A DNA stretch of 63,857 bases, counting the filler, from Octopus bimaculoides (lineage: Eukaryota), in the NCBI RefSeq assembly GCF_001194135.2. It is 7 parts of 7 records of this genome, joined end to end, with 100 filler letters (N's around TTAATTAATTAA, not from the genome) between each part and the next. Parts side by side here need not be neighbours in the genome. Positions count along the whole stretch, not along the records: positions 40,700 to 47,761 come from NC_068983.1; positions 47,862 to 53,756 come from NW_026431683.1; 5 more parts are not named here. One strand, 5' to 3'. The notes beneath the pieces are model-generated. The model saw nothing but the letters and a program-made list of their open reading frames with translations, was not told where the DNA came from and ran no database searches. A program made the translations under genes and the position numbers. Of this stretch, positions 41,581 through 53,567 are shown piece by piece. The stretch's first letter is position 1, and each line of letters opens with the position of its first letter.

Positions 41581-42619
41581 ATTGCAATCTATTACAAAAC
41601 CACCACAATTGGACGGGCAAAATATCTTGAAACATCTAATAAAACATCGTGTAATGTTGTGATGCATGTACCTGTTGTATCTTTAGCAAACAGTCGTTCT
41701 GTGTGTATTGGGCTTTGTATTTTTGTACCCCAGCATTACCTGGTTGATGTGAGCGCTTCTTTCACTCAATGAAAATAATAATGTGACTTTGGGTGGGGTG
41801 ACTAAGTGTTTCGGTGCATTTTCCTTCCACACTGCGCGACTAAGTAATAATAACCACTAAGAGTTTACATAAAAAAATAGCATTATGCAAAACACAGGAC
41901 AAATAATAATAAGCATTATTACTGTGTTGTTACTTTCATAAAAAAATATTTTAGAAGGTCAGTACAAAGCCAGTTGGAAATATAGGCTTGTAAATAGAAA
42001 CAATAATTTGAATGGACTGAACGCTACAGTAAATTCTAGTAAACTATAATGCATTAATACGTTGACGCCTGAACACAGCTGAAATTACCATCATGAAGAA
42101 TCTACAGAAACTATCGATATATAAAGCAAAATTGTAAACTGATCAAGTTTTTTTCCTGCAAATTTCACTCTTCTTTTATCCAAATTGCATTGTACCAGAT
42201 TTACATAACACTTCTCACCTCTGTGTCCCCATCCCTTCATCTGCTATATGTTCTTCTAATATCATGACGCCTAAACGAGACTGAATTTATCATCAAGAGG
42301 AATCTATTCAAACTGTTGAAAAAGCAGGTAAGTGGTAATTGGCTTTGCTTCTGTTTTCAATCGTTTATTTCCAACTTGCATTACATTGGTTTTCTAAAAT
42401 GATGTCAATGGCTTCATCTCACATTCTTTCTTACAAATTATAATGTTGGCGTGAGGCCTCGTGTCTAAATAGACATGTTATCTGTTGGTGAACTATTATT
42501 TCTATTTTCTACTTCCCTTTTATCCTTTCAATTTCCATATCTGTAAACCACCCTTTTGCACTTAATATTGTTTTTTTATTATTATTGATATACACTCAGC
42601 AAATTAGACTCTTGCAAAA

Positions 42620-42768
42620 GAAAATAATCCTAACATCGAGCTACAACAAGTTGACTGAGATGCCAAGAACCCTCCTAAGTATCCTAGCTGTCTCTAACAA
42701 CACTGTGTTCTGCAGCTGTACTAAACTGGATTTATGCCTATTTCCACCATCCATCTGTTCAGATCTTT
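42620..42768 (-). mobile_element. 3' end of an R4-like LINE next to an (ATT)/(GTT) array
   Basis: The minus strand reads LVQLQNTVLLETARILRRVLG, the C-terminal motif of the RLE domain. Confidence 0.55.
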
Positions 42769-42806
42769 ATTATTATTATTATTATTATTATTGTTGTTGT
42801 TGTTGT

Positions 42807-42838
<32 letters not shown>

Positions 42839-43129
42839 CTGTCGTTGTTGTTGTTGTTGTTGCTTTTGTTGTTGTTGTTGTTGTTGTTGCCGTTGCTGTT
42901 GCTGTTGTTGTTGTTGTTGTTAGTAGTAGTAGTAGTAGTAGTAGTAGTAGCAGTTTTCTCCTCCTCTCCCTCCTCTACATCATCATCATCCTCTCTGTTA
43001 TTGTTTCTTTTGTCCACTCTGTTTTATATTCTGTAAAGCCAGATTCAATCAATGAGCCTGAAGAGTTATAGGGAATATGTCAATTGATGATACACTCCAT
43101 TATATATGGAGTGCAAACTTATTATTGAT

Positions 43130-43620
43130 GCCAGGAATATAGATGGTTTACTTTTTCATTTCCTGTTTCATGCATCCTACATCTCAGTGGCAACCAGTAC
43201 TTTCTCTATCTTTCTCTTGTTTGTTTCGATAACCAGGTTTTTGTAACTTTCACATTCACGGTTTTCTTTCGCACGATTCTCTTCAGTCTATGATAACGAT
43301 GTCTGGCTTGTTGATTCTTATATCTTTGTCACTGTGACTGTGCATATCACACAAGGTGACAATATCGTTGTTGAGAGTGATCGTATATAGTTGCTCAGTC
43401 ATCTTAACTTGTAAACCAAGCACAACTTCCAGTGCAGGTATGCCGCTATCTTCTGAGGCGTGTAGAGGTATTTAATCTTTGCCTGCAATTCTTTGGGTTA
43501 TGTCACTCTTTCTTTGAGAAGTAGTACTTGATACCCTATATAATAGCACCTCGACATTTCACTGACTTCTTCATTTTGTGATTAAATGACCATATAAAAT
43601 CTTCGTAAATGCTATGCAAA
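43130..43620 (-). mobile_element. Degenerate R4-type RLE endonuclease fragment
   Basis: The minus strand reads IAAYLHWKLC and DIRINKPDIVII. Confidence 0.6.
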
Positions 43621-43873
43621 TTCTCGAACATTAGAATAGCAATTCATCTACACACTGAACAATTTATTTGTAATATTTTTAGCAGACACCGGTGTTTCCG
43701 ACCATTCTGGAATCTGACCGTATTCGACTCTTTATACAATTATATGGTTTGTGATTATAAGAAATTTTTTAGGTCTCGGCAATCTGATTTACATTGCAAC
43801 TCCTGAAAAATGGATTCGTCATTTGAAAAGTTGAATTAAATTTCTTTATATATGTGTGTGTATAAAGTCTGGT

Positions 43874-43942
43874 CATAGAATGACCAATGACTTCGCATCC
43901 ACGAAAGCCGCAGCCTTGTGGACAGCTCATCAGACTCTATAC
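43874..43942 (-). ncRNA. Type I hammerhead ribozyme with core substitution
   Basis: Minus strand AUAGAGU CUGAUGA [GCUGUCCACAAGGCUGCGGCUUUCGUGGAUGC hairpin] GAAG UCAUUG GUC AUUCUAU: 7-bp stem I and GUC triplet, but GAAA is changed to GAAG. Confidence 0.7.
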
Positions 43943-44210
43943 AAAGACAAATTTAACTCTTCACCTCGCGGACGCGGCGAAACGCTACGTTTAATTGGTC
44001 AAACTTCCATTGGAGAAAAAAACGCGTCAGGGTGGATTGTTTCCCATGGACCAGCAATTGAATTGAAGCGGGTATCTATTTCATCAAGATTTCTGTGAGA
44101 ACGATATTCCAAAGATTAATGAAACAAGCACTTCACGCAGACACACAGATACAGAGATTTGTTCAACAGACGCAACCTAAGGGCCTCCTTTAGTTGTGCA
44201 GCCAAAATAG
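43943..44210 (-). mobile_element. 3' end of a Penelope-like element (GIY-YIG C-terminus plus UTR)
   Basis: The minus strand reads QLKEALRLRLLNKSL (EAL..LN motif) upstream of the hammerhead at 43874-43942. Confidence 0.5.
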
Positions 44211-44224
44211 AAATTATTTTATCA

Positions 44225-45060
44225 CACACAAATCACGGGAGATAGCAGGTTGCTCTTGCAGTGTGTACAATGACTGTTCCGTAGGAGAGGAGCCGATGCG
44301 AGGCCGAAGGTGTCATCTACGAGGTTACGGTGACACCTAGATCTGGCAACCATAGTAGCAACCAAGTACAATCCAGCAACAATGATGGCACCGGTGGCGG
44401 TGACAATGGAAGAAATACCAGCTCTGACGCTAACAACACCAATACCAAAACTACAGCCAGAGAGGATGACTAGTCCGGTGCCAACGACACCGGGGAGGTA
44501 ACCGGCGATCCCAGTACCAACATCACAAGCAGTGAGCATGACCAGACCAGTACCACCGAGAACGAGGAAGTAACAGGCCTAGAACTCTACGTTACCAGCA
44601 GTGGTGCCACACCACCGCCGGCAACAACAGTGCTAACCCTACGGCCAGACATGGCCACCACGGCGATAACAACAGAGGCGACAACAGACATAGTAGCACC
44701 GCCAGACTAATGCACCATAATGACAGCAGACCCAACAACATCCCCAGGCCTAGAGCCAACCAGGGGTACACCAGGAATGCGAACAAAGCATCCAAGCTTG
44801 TAAATATATCGGATCGGTCAACGCAGCTTTAAAGCAACGCTTCTGCAACTACCAGTTATCCTTCAGGGTACGAAAAAGACGTTTCGTCACGTCCCTGGCC
44901 AGCCATGTGTAGCACCTCAAAGATCAAGAGAACCCCATATGATATGAGGTGGAATATCTTAGAACAACAAGGCAATGCAAAACCTTGCTCGCTGAACACT
45001 CGTAAAGAAATATTCACACAATGTATCCATTTCAAGCGCTACATGCTGCAAAATTGCGAT
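44225..45060 (+). pseudogene. Penelope-like GIY-YIG endonuclease remnant with a long low-complexity insert
   Basis: CSC..DCSVG..CEAEGVIYEVTV (VIY at 44312-44320), then KYIGSVNAALKQRFCNYQLSF..TSLASHV (YIG at 44805-44813), then WNILE..LNTRKEIFTQCIH. Contains frameshifts and stops. Confidence 0.8.
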
Positions 45061-45275
45061 TCTCCGTTTGGTGATAAGGCTCGTAAGACACCTTACGAAA
45101 TAGACCACAAATTCCATATAATCACTGTTCCTGGGGAAACAACTAGACTTCATTAAGGCTGCGACTTTCATGGATGGGAACCCATTGGGCACTCTATGAC
45201 CAGACTTTAACTCTAGTGATTTAATATTTTACTGGTCTATCCTTTAAGGTGTGCTTCTTAATTCAGATGTATGAT

Positions 45276-45307
<32 letters not shown>

Positions 45308-45394
45308 GTCGTCAGTTAGACATAAATCCGAAGAGAAGCACACTCTAAGTTATAGAATGGTATAGAATATATATATAACTTTAGATGAAGCCGG

Positions 45395-45465
45395 TTTGGG
45401 GGATTACCCTGGGTTCCACATTCCATAAAGCCCTTAGCTTTACGGCGTATCATCAGATCTCAAAA
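45395..45465 (-). ncRNA. Type I hammerhead, minus polarity (GAAA changed to GGAA)
   Basis: Minus strand UUUGAGAU CUGAUGA U AC..CCGUAAAGC-UAAGG-GCUUUAUGG..GU GGAA CC-CAG-GG UA AUCCCCC. Predicted cleavage between 45405 and 45404. Confidence 0.7.
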
Positions 45466-45600
45466 CCTTTTGAGTTAAGGCCTTTCTAGTGAGTGGTCTC
45501 TCTAGACTATGGAGGAGGAAAGGACATTAAGTAGTGAGGTCCTTTGCTCTTCTATAAACTAGCGAGGCCGTTCACTAGAGCGGCCTTAAGCCAATAGATT

Positions 45601-45662
45601 TGGGATCTGATGATACACCGTAAAGCTAAGCGCTTTATGGAAGTGAAACCCAGGTAATCCCA
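45601..45662 (+). ncRNA. Type I hammerhead, plus polarity, core intact
   Basis: UGGGAU CUGAUGA(45607-13) U AC-A-CCGUAAAGC-UAAGC-GCUUUAUGG-AA-GU GAAA(45645-48) C-CCAG-G UA AUCCCA: 6-bp stem I, 2+9-bp stem II, GUA triplet, predicted cleavage after 45656. Confidence 0.8.
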
Positions 45663-45692
45663 TAAACCGGCCTTATCTAACTGTATTTATAT

Positions 45693-45849
45693 TGTAGTAA
45701 GTAGCTTGCTTACGAACCACATCGTTCCAGGTTCAGTCCCACTGCGTGGCACCTTGGGCAAGTCTCTTCTACTATAGCCTCGGACCGACCAAAGCTTTGT
45801 GAGAGGATCTGGTAGACGGAAACTGAAAGAAATCCGTCGTATATATATA

Positions 45850-45892
<43 letters not shown>

Positions 45893-46110
45893 TTGTGTGT
45901 CTAAGTTTGCCCTTCCCTCCACCTAACATTGCTTGACAACCGATGCTGGTGTGTTTACGTCCCCGTAACCTAGAGGTCCGGAAAAAGAGACCGATAGAAT
46001 AAGTACTAGGCTTACAAAGAATAAGTCTTCGGGACGATTTGCTCGACTAAAGGCGGTGCTCCAACATGACCACAGTCAAATGACTCAAACAAGTAAAGAG
46101 TAAAAGAGTA
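45693..46110 (+). mobile_element. Family A SINE, slightly 5'-truncated
   Basis: tRNA-like head with GGTTCAGTCCC, CCTTGGGCAAG CORE-like motif, internal (TA)(TG) tract and TAAAAGAGTA tail. Confidence 0.85.
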
Positions 46111-46867
46111 TATCAATAGATGTATTGTGTATTGGTTTTCCCCAATTCCATATTGGGTATATTCCATCATATGTATATTTCTGTATGTGTCTGAGTACGT
46201 TCCAACGTATGCATGTCTGTCCGCGCACGTGTGTGGCCTTGTATGTGTACTTACGTGTGCGTTTGTTATCTCATTATATATCTATGTGGAATTCTAACTA
46301 ATATTTATAACGTTTTATAATCCTACGTAATTTTATATTTTATTTTTATATTTATTTATTTGCATTTCCAAGTATAAAATCGACGTAATAATGGACGAGC
46401 CAAGTGTCTTGAGAAAGCGTGGGATTAATTCCAAAGAAAAAAAATCTAATAATACAATCTAAATCAACTTGCACAACGAACTTTTACAAATTAGTGAGCG
46501 AATGTTCCTGGAAATTAACGAAAAGTTATAAAAATTTATAACTCATTCTGGGAATATTAATTTTTAGAATTACCAAAATCAATTTGGATATTCAAATTAT
46601 AAATAATCAAGACAGCAATTATATTTTTGATATTGTCTCATATTAAATTAGACCAATTTACTTTTGCACAATTTTCGCATTTATTTGCTTCATTAATTCA
46701 AATCGTGTCCACTTTAGTGATATTAGTTGTAATAATAATTCACAAACAAGAAGTAATGGCGGTAAGCGGTTATAACACATTGCAACCCCATCAGATGTGG
46801 TATTGCGAATTGACGAAAAATACATTAACTTTTAAAACTTTATTGCTATATATATATATAGAGAGAG

Positions 46868-47420
46868 AGGGGGGAAGACAGGGGGAAGACAGGGGGAAGA
46901 CAGCGGGGAGGGAGAGAGAGAGTTAGACAGGCACACCGAATATCCAAGATTAGTAAGAGGAATGAGGAAGAAAATATTCTAATATTAGAAAATAGAACTA
47001 CAAGACATCCAGTTATCAAAGCAAATTCATGGGGGCTGCTGAAAAAGATATGCATTGGGTTGTTTTGATAAAGCGCATGGTGGGTTAGGTCCGGCAAACC
47101 ATGACAGTGAAATCCTATTNNNNNNNNNNNNNNNNNNNNNNNNNNNNNNNNNNNNNNNNNNNNNNNNACAGGGTGTAAGACAGGGGGAAGACAGGGGGAA
47201 GACAGCGGGGAGGGAGAGAGAGAGTTAGACAGGCACACCGAATATCCAAGATTAGTAAGAGGAATGAGGAAGAAAATATTCTAATATTAGAAAATAGAAC
47301 TACAAGACATCCAGTTATCAAAGCAAATTCATGGGGGCTGCTGAAAAAGATATGCATTGGGTTGTTTTGATAAAGCGCATGGTGGGTTAGGTCCGGCAAA
47401 CCATGACAGTGAAATCCTAT
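46868..47420. repeat. Apparently identical ~250-bp direct duplication straddling an N gap
   Basis: 46868-47119 recurs at ~47179-47421. Probably an assembly overlap. Confidence 0.8.
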
Positions 47421-47861
47421 TGGCTTCTGAGCAGATTATTTCTACACAGTTTCACATAGAATATTTTTGCCGAACTTCAGCTGCATGAAAAAATCTTACT
47501 GTACATACCCCTCTTCGTGGAATCTGTCTAATAGCATGGTGGGGCACCACCTTGAGGAAGTTTTAGTCGAATGAACCGCCTGCAGTGCTTATTTTCTAAG
47601 CCTGATAATTATTCTATCGGTTACTTTTGTCGAACTGCTAAATTACGGGGATGCAAACTTACCAACACCGGTTGTCAAGCGGTAGTAGAGGGACAAAGAC
47701 AGACAGAAAGACATATGCATTGAATAGATATACATACATACACACACACACATATATATATNNNNNNNNNNNNNNNNNNNNNNNNNNNNNNNNNNNNNNN
47801 NNNNNTTAATTAATTAANNNNNNNNNNNNNNNNNNNNNNNNNNNNNNNNNNNNNNNNNNNN

Positions 47862-47893
<32 letters not shown>

Positions 47894-49389
47894 TGATCAA
47901 TAAGTTATAATTTAGCTATAATTGTTAATTTGCCTTTGCACACTTCCAAAATTTTTTTAGCATGAAACCTTTCGGTAGCCTGAACCAGCTGTTAGAGATT
48001 AAATATGTAATATTCTGTGTATTTTGTGTGTGCGTGTGCAAATATACATATATGTGTGTGTGTGCGTGCGTGTGTGTGTGTACGTATGTTTGCATCTATG
48101 TACACACACATACATCTATGCATACATACATGTACCCATATATAAACTCATATATCACATGTAAATATACCTAATCAGATATTTTAGATAACAGATACCT
48201 ATTAACTTTACCTTCTATTCTCAAAATCAATAACAAGATAACAATTTTTCGCTAAAAGTTTTTCTTATTTTCGTTTGTTTTTCTCTTAAATATATAGACA
48301 GACACCTGAACGTTTTTGTCACCTTTACAAATTTTCTTTATCACCTTTATATATATATGTTTATGTATGTATGTATGTATGTATGTATNNNNNNNNNNNN
48401 NNNNNNNNNNNNNNNNNNNNNNNNNNNNNNNNNNNNNNNNNNNNNNNNNNNNNNNNNNNNNNNNNNNNNNNNNNNNNNNNNNNNNNNNNNNNNNNNNNNN
48501 NNNNNNNNNNNNNNNNNNNNNNNNNNNNNNNNNNNNNNNNNNNNNNNNNNNNNNNNNNNNGTTGCTATTATGTTAAACTGCAGTATGTCCAAATTTGGCC
48601 AAGTACGTTTTTGTTTTCAATATTTAATTTTGCTTTCAATAGCCGGTTCTTTTGGTCAAACTATCCTATTTCCAGCTGCTTCAGATGCCAAGATATCAAA
48701 AATTGTCAAAGCGTAGTGCAACGGTTTTGCTATGGAATGGTGAAAATTTTTTTGTTTTCTGAAAAAAAAACAACGTTTTGGACTTACGACACTTTTGCGT
48801 AATAGCCACCGGAGACGAGCCGTCATTTAAGTTACGAATATAATAAACCTGTCTCTGTGTCCAAGTGTTTGTTTTTGTGTATGTGAGTGTGTGGGCATTT
48901 GTGTGTGTTTGTGTGTGTATGTGTGTGTGTGTGTGCGCGCACGTGTTTCTTTATCTCTGTTAGGAATACAGAATGTGTAAGCTAAGTGATTATCTTAACG
49001 GTAATCAGCAATAATGTCTCCGCCGTTAAGTGAAGCATTAAACTGCTGTGAAATTGTAAGAGACTCGTCGGAGTTTGGAAGATGAATTCCCAGCACATGC
49101 GTCCCAACCTCACAACCAGTGTTCTTCAAGGAAGGGTCCGGTCATGTCCTGTCTATTCCCTTTCTCTTTCTGTCGTATGTAATCCCATCTGCGCATGCGT
49201 TTACGTCTGCACCTCTCCGTGTGTCGATGTGTGTGTGTGTATGGGTTTGTGTGTCATGTGTGCGTGTATGGGGTTGAGTATTGCACTGTTTTGGACCCGT
49301 GTCTTTATTTATGCATTTTCATTCGATCCTTAGTAGTCTTGTTGCGGGATGTGGTGAAGTGTGGAGTGTTATTACTCCTTTCACAATTT

Positions 49390-49520
49390 CTGTCGAGCCT
49401 CGGTCTATTTTCTTTTATATGTGTGTAGCCTCCGTAATCTGTCCGATCGTCGGGTATGTTTTATGTGTTGATAAGGGTCTAACATCAATGAGTTTTCTAT
49501 TGAATCCCCATGCTCTATTT
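49390..49520 (-). mobile_element. Probable Penelope-like GIY-YIG C-terminal fragment
   Basis: The minus strand reads FNRKLIDV..IGQITEATHI then ENRPRLDRN after a frameshift. Confidence 0.45.
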
Positions 49521-49652
49521 TAGCATATTGGTAGTCACTCTCTCACCTATGCTGCGGACTGTCTCTACAATATATGTGTGTATGTGTGTTCGTGCGTGTG
49601 TGTGTGGTGCTCCAGCATGACCACAGTCCAATGACTGAAACCAGTAAAGTAT

Positions 49653-49688
<36 letters not shown>

Positions 49689-49989
49689 GATATGTTATAA
49701 TACTATTCCACAGCCATACCAAAAATCCAATAATTCTAAACCACATATACAAAACAGCCAGACCAACGATCCAACATGCCTCAATCATCAGCTGCCCCAC
49801 GGATATCATTATTGTTTCGACACCTGCGCAGTACCATTCAGTCCGACGGTGTCAACAGCACTAAAAGTAAGTTTTGTTTGGGAACAAACAAACCAAAGAA
49901 ACCACAACTTTCAAACACATTTACCCAATGTACAACCGTAACGATAAATAAATTCCATATAATGAATGAAAAAATGAAACAATATATAT

Positions 49990-50185
49990 ACTCTTTTACT
50001 CTTTTATTCTTTTACTTGATTCAGTCACTTGACGGCGGCCATGCTGGAGCACCGCCTTTAGTCGAGCAGATCGACTCCAGGACTTATTCTTTGTAAGCCA
50101 AGTACTTATTCTATCGGTCTCTTTTGCCGAACCGCTAAGTTACGGGGACGTAAACACACCAGCATCGGTTGTCAAGCGATGTTGG
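49990..50185 (-). mobile_element. Family A SINE tail (rest in gap)
   Basis: Matches 4585-4780. Confidence 0.8.
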
Positions 50186-51207
50186 NNNNNNNNNNNNNNN
50201 NNNNNNNNNNNNNNNNNNNNNNNNNNNNNNNNNNNNNNNNNNNNNNNNNNNNNNNNNNNNNNNNNNNNNNNNNNNNNNNNNNNNNNNNNNNNNNNNNNNN
50301 NNNNNNNNNNNNNNNNNNNNNNNNNNNNNNNNNNNNNNNNNNNNNNNNNNNNNNNNNNNNNNNNNNNNNNNNNNNNNNNNNNNNNNNNNNNNNNNNNNNN
50401 NNNNNNNNNNNNNNNNNNNNNNNNNNNNNNNNNNNNNNNNNNNNNNNNNNNNNNNNNNNNNNNNNNNNNNNNNNNNNNNNNNNNNNNNNNNNNNNNNNNN
50501 NNNNNNNNNNNNNNNNNNNNNNNNNNNNNNNNNNNNNNNNNNNNNNNNNNNNNNNNNNNNNNNNNNNNNNNNNNNNNNNNNNNNNNNNNNNNNNNNNNNN
50601 NNNNNNNNNNNNNNNNNNNNNNNNNNNNNNNNNNNNNNNNNNNNNNNNNNNNNNNNNNNNNNNNNNNNNNNNNNNNNNNNNNNNNNNNNNNNNNNNNNNN
50701 NNNNNNNNNNNNNNNNATGTCCACTCTGTATTGTATTGTTTTGTTTTATTTGCTCTCAGCCCTATATTCTCTGCAACTTTCGCGGGCATGGGAAGTTCTC
50801 GGTCTTACCATTAATGATGAAGAATTAGAGACGCTCTGGGTTCGTCTTCTCTCTGGTCGTACACTCAATATATGCTAATGTATGTTATGTTGTTTGTTTA
50901 TTTACCATACATTTTTTTCACTTTTTTCATTTATTAAGTAACGGAACGCAACGCACCCCGACTTATATATATATGTATACACACACACCTTATATATATA
51001 TATGTATACACACACACCTTATATATATATATGTATACACACACACCTGCACGCACACACACATACACAAACACGCATATATTTCTACGTATGTAATTTA
51101 CGTCATAAGAATACAGAAACTTCGAGAGAGCGTGAAACAATTCGTTTCTAACGGTTGCACACGGAATAGATAAAGCCAATATTTACATACTGTATCTGTA
51201 TATATAA

Positions 51208-51790
<583 letters not shown>

Positions 51791-52506
51791 TGCATGTGAG
51801 TGAACTAAATGAATAGATTTTTCCCAGAGTGCATTCAGTGTAGCAAAGTAAAGTGTTAAGAAATTTCTGCTCTACCACTGCAACCATCGTGACAACCACC
51901 GTCACAAATATCTCCCCCCCCCACCATTACCACCACCACCACCACCACCACCACCACCNNNNNNNNNNNNNNNNNNNNNNNNNNNNNNNNNNNNNNNNNN
52001 NNNNNNNNNNNNNNNNNNNNNNNNNNNNNNNNNNNNNNNNNNNNNNNNNNNNNNNNNNNNNNNNNNNNNNNNNNNNNNNNNNNNNNNNNNNNNNNNNNNN
52101 NNNNNNNNNNNNNNNNNNNNNNNNNNNNNNNNNNNNNNNNNNNNNNNNNNNNNNNNNNNNNNNNNNNNNNNNNNNNNNNNNNNNNNNNNNNNNNNNNNNN
52201 NNNNNNNNNNNNNNNNNNNNNNNNNNNNNNNNNNNNNNNNNNNNNNNNNNNNNNNNNNNNNNNNNNNNNNNNNNNNNNNNNNNNNNNNNNNNNNNNNNNN
52301 NNNNNNNNNNNNNNNNNNNNNNNNNNNNNNNNNNNNNNNNNNNNNNNNNNNNNNNNNNNNNNNNNNNNNNNNNNNNNNNNNNNNNNNNNNNNNNNNNNNN
52401 NNNNNNNNNNNNNNNNNNNNNNNNNNNNNNNNNNNNNNNNNNNNNNNNNNNNNNNNNNNNNNNNNNNNNNNNNNNNNNNNNNNNNNNNNNNNNNNNNNNN
52501 NNNNNN

Positions 52507-52538
<32 letters not shown>

Positions 52539-53246
52539 CATAACGACACACACATACCTTTACATATATGCATACATGACGACACACACACAAGCAAAAG
52601 CGTATACATACACGTAAACAGAAATTGATAAATATATACTGGTGAGTTGATTATGGGAGACAAACCAGTATCCTCGACTGAACTGAACCATTTCTTTTTC
52701 GTTTGGTCGGAGAATTTGAAAGGAGTAGAATGGTTTTTAGACAGCGTAGTTCCTCGGTTATCGTCTATGATACATAAGGAAGGGGTTCTATAAGAGAATT
52801 CGGAGATGTGTTAGCAAGTTGGAATTGGTTAGTTCTTTGTTTAGTTTTGTTTTTATTTAAGACTGGAAACGAACGACATATGATGTGGAGTTTCTCTGTG
52901 AAGCATGTGAAACATGGCTTTGAGCCGATGTCAAATTCATGTGTCAGCTTCTATGAGATGTCCGTTGTCTTTCCTTCGTGTCTAATTTTCAAACGAACTG
53001 TGAAAGACACGTAACGTGTTTCACATAGTGATAATGAAATAAGCTGTTGCGTTAGCGCAACCACGATTGAGAGAATATTCTCTAATGCCTATGTAACTTA
53101 TTGATGTGTTTCTAGTAAAAATGTCAAATCGGTAAACACTGCTTTCCCTAAACAATTCTTCTAAAGTGCGATAATTTCATCTTGACACTCTTTGTTCTAC
53201 GTTTGGTTGTAGCATTTTTACTTTGAAGCTCGTGAGAGCATAAAAC

Positions 53247-53567
53247 TGGCACTCCGTCGGTTACGACGACGAGTGTTCCAGTTAATTCGATCAACGGAAC
53301 TGCTTGCTCGTGAAATTAGCGTACAAGTGGCTGAGCATTCCACAGACACACATACCCTTAATGTAGTTCTGAGGGATATTCAGCATGACACAGAATGTGA
53401 TACGGCTGGCCCCTTTGAATTACTGGTACAACTCATTTTTGCCAGCTGAATGGAGTGGAGCAACGTGAAATAAAGTGCCTTGCACAGCGACACAACGCGC
53501 CGCCGGGAACTGAACTTGCAATCTTACGCTCGCGAGCCGAGTACCCTAACCACTAAGCCGCGCGCCT
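53247..53567 (-). mobile_element. Family C SINE
   Basis: Reverse complement of 27601-27972. Confidence 0.8.

Larger units (their letters stand above)
45381..45680. ncRNA. 300-nt rod-folding inverted repeat with hammerheads in both polarities
   Basis: 45381-45525 pairs almost continuously with 45539-45680 around a 13-nt loop. Each arm contains a hammerhead. Confidence 0.85.

Noticed and set aside
45066-45112. GTAAG-ACAC-CTTAC-GAAA hairpin downstream of the GIY-YIG remnant
   Set aside because: The CUGANGA core and the UH triplet are not recognisable.
49040-49140. CCGACGA and TTGAAGA on the minus strand after the PLE fragment
   Set aside because: No GAAA in register, so a hammerhead cannot be folded.
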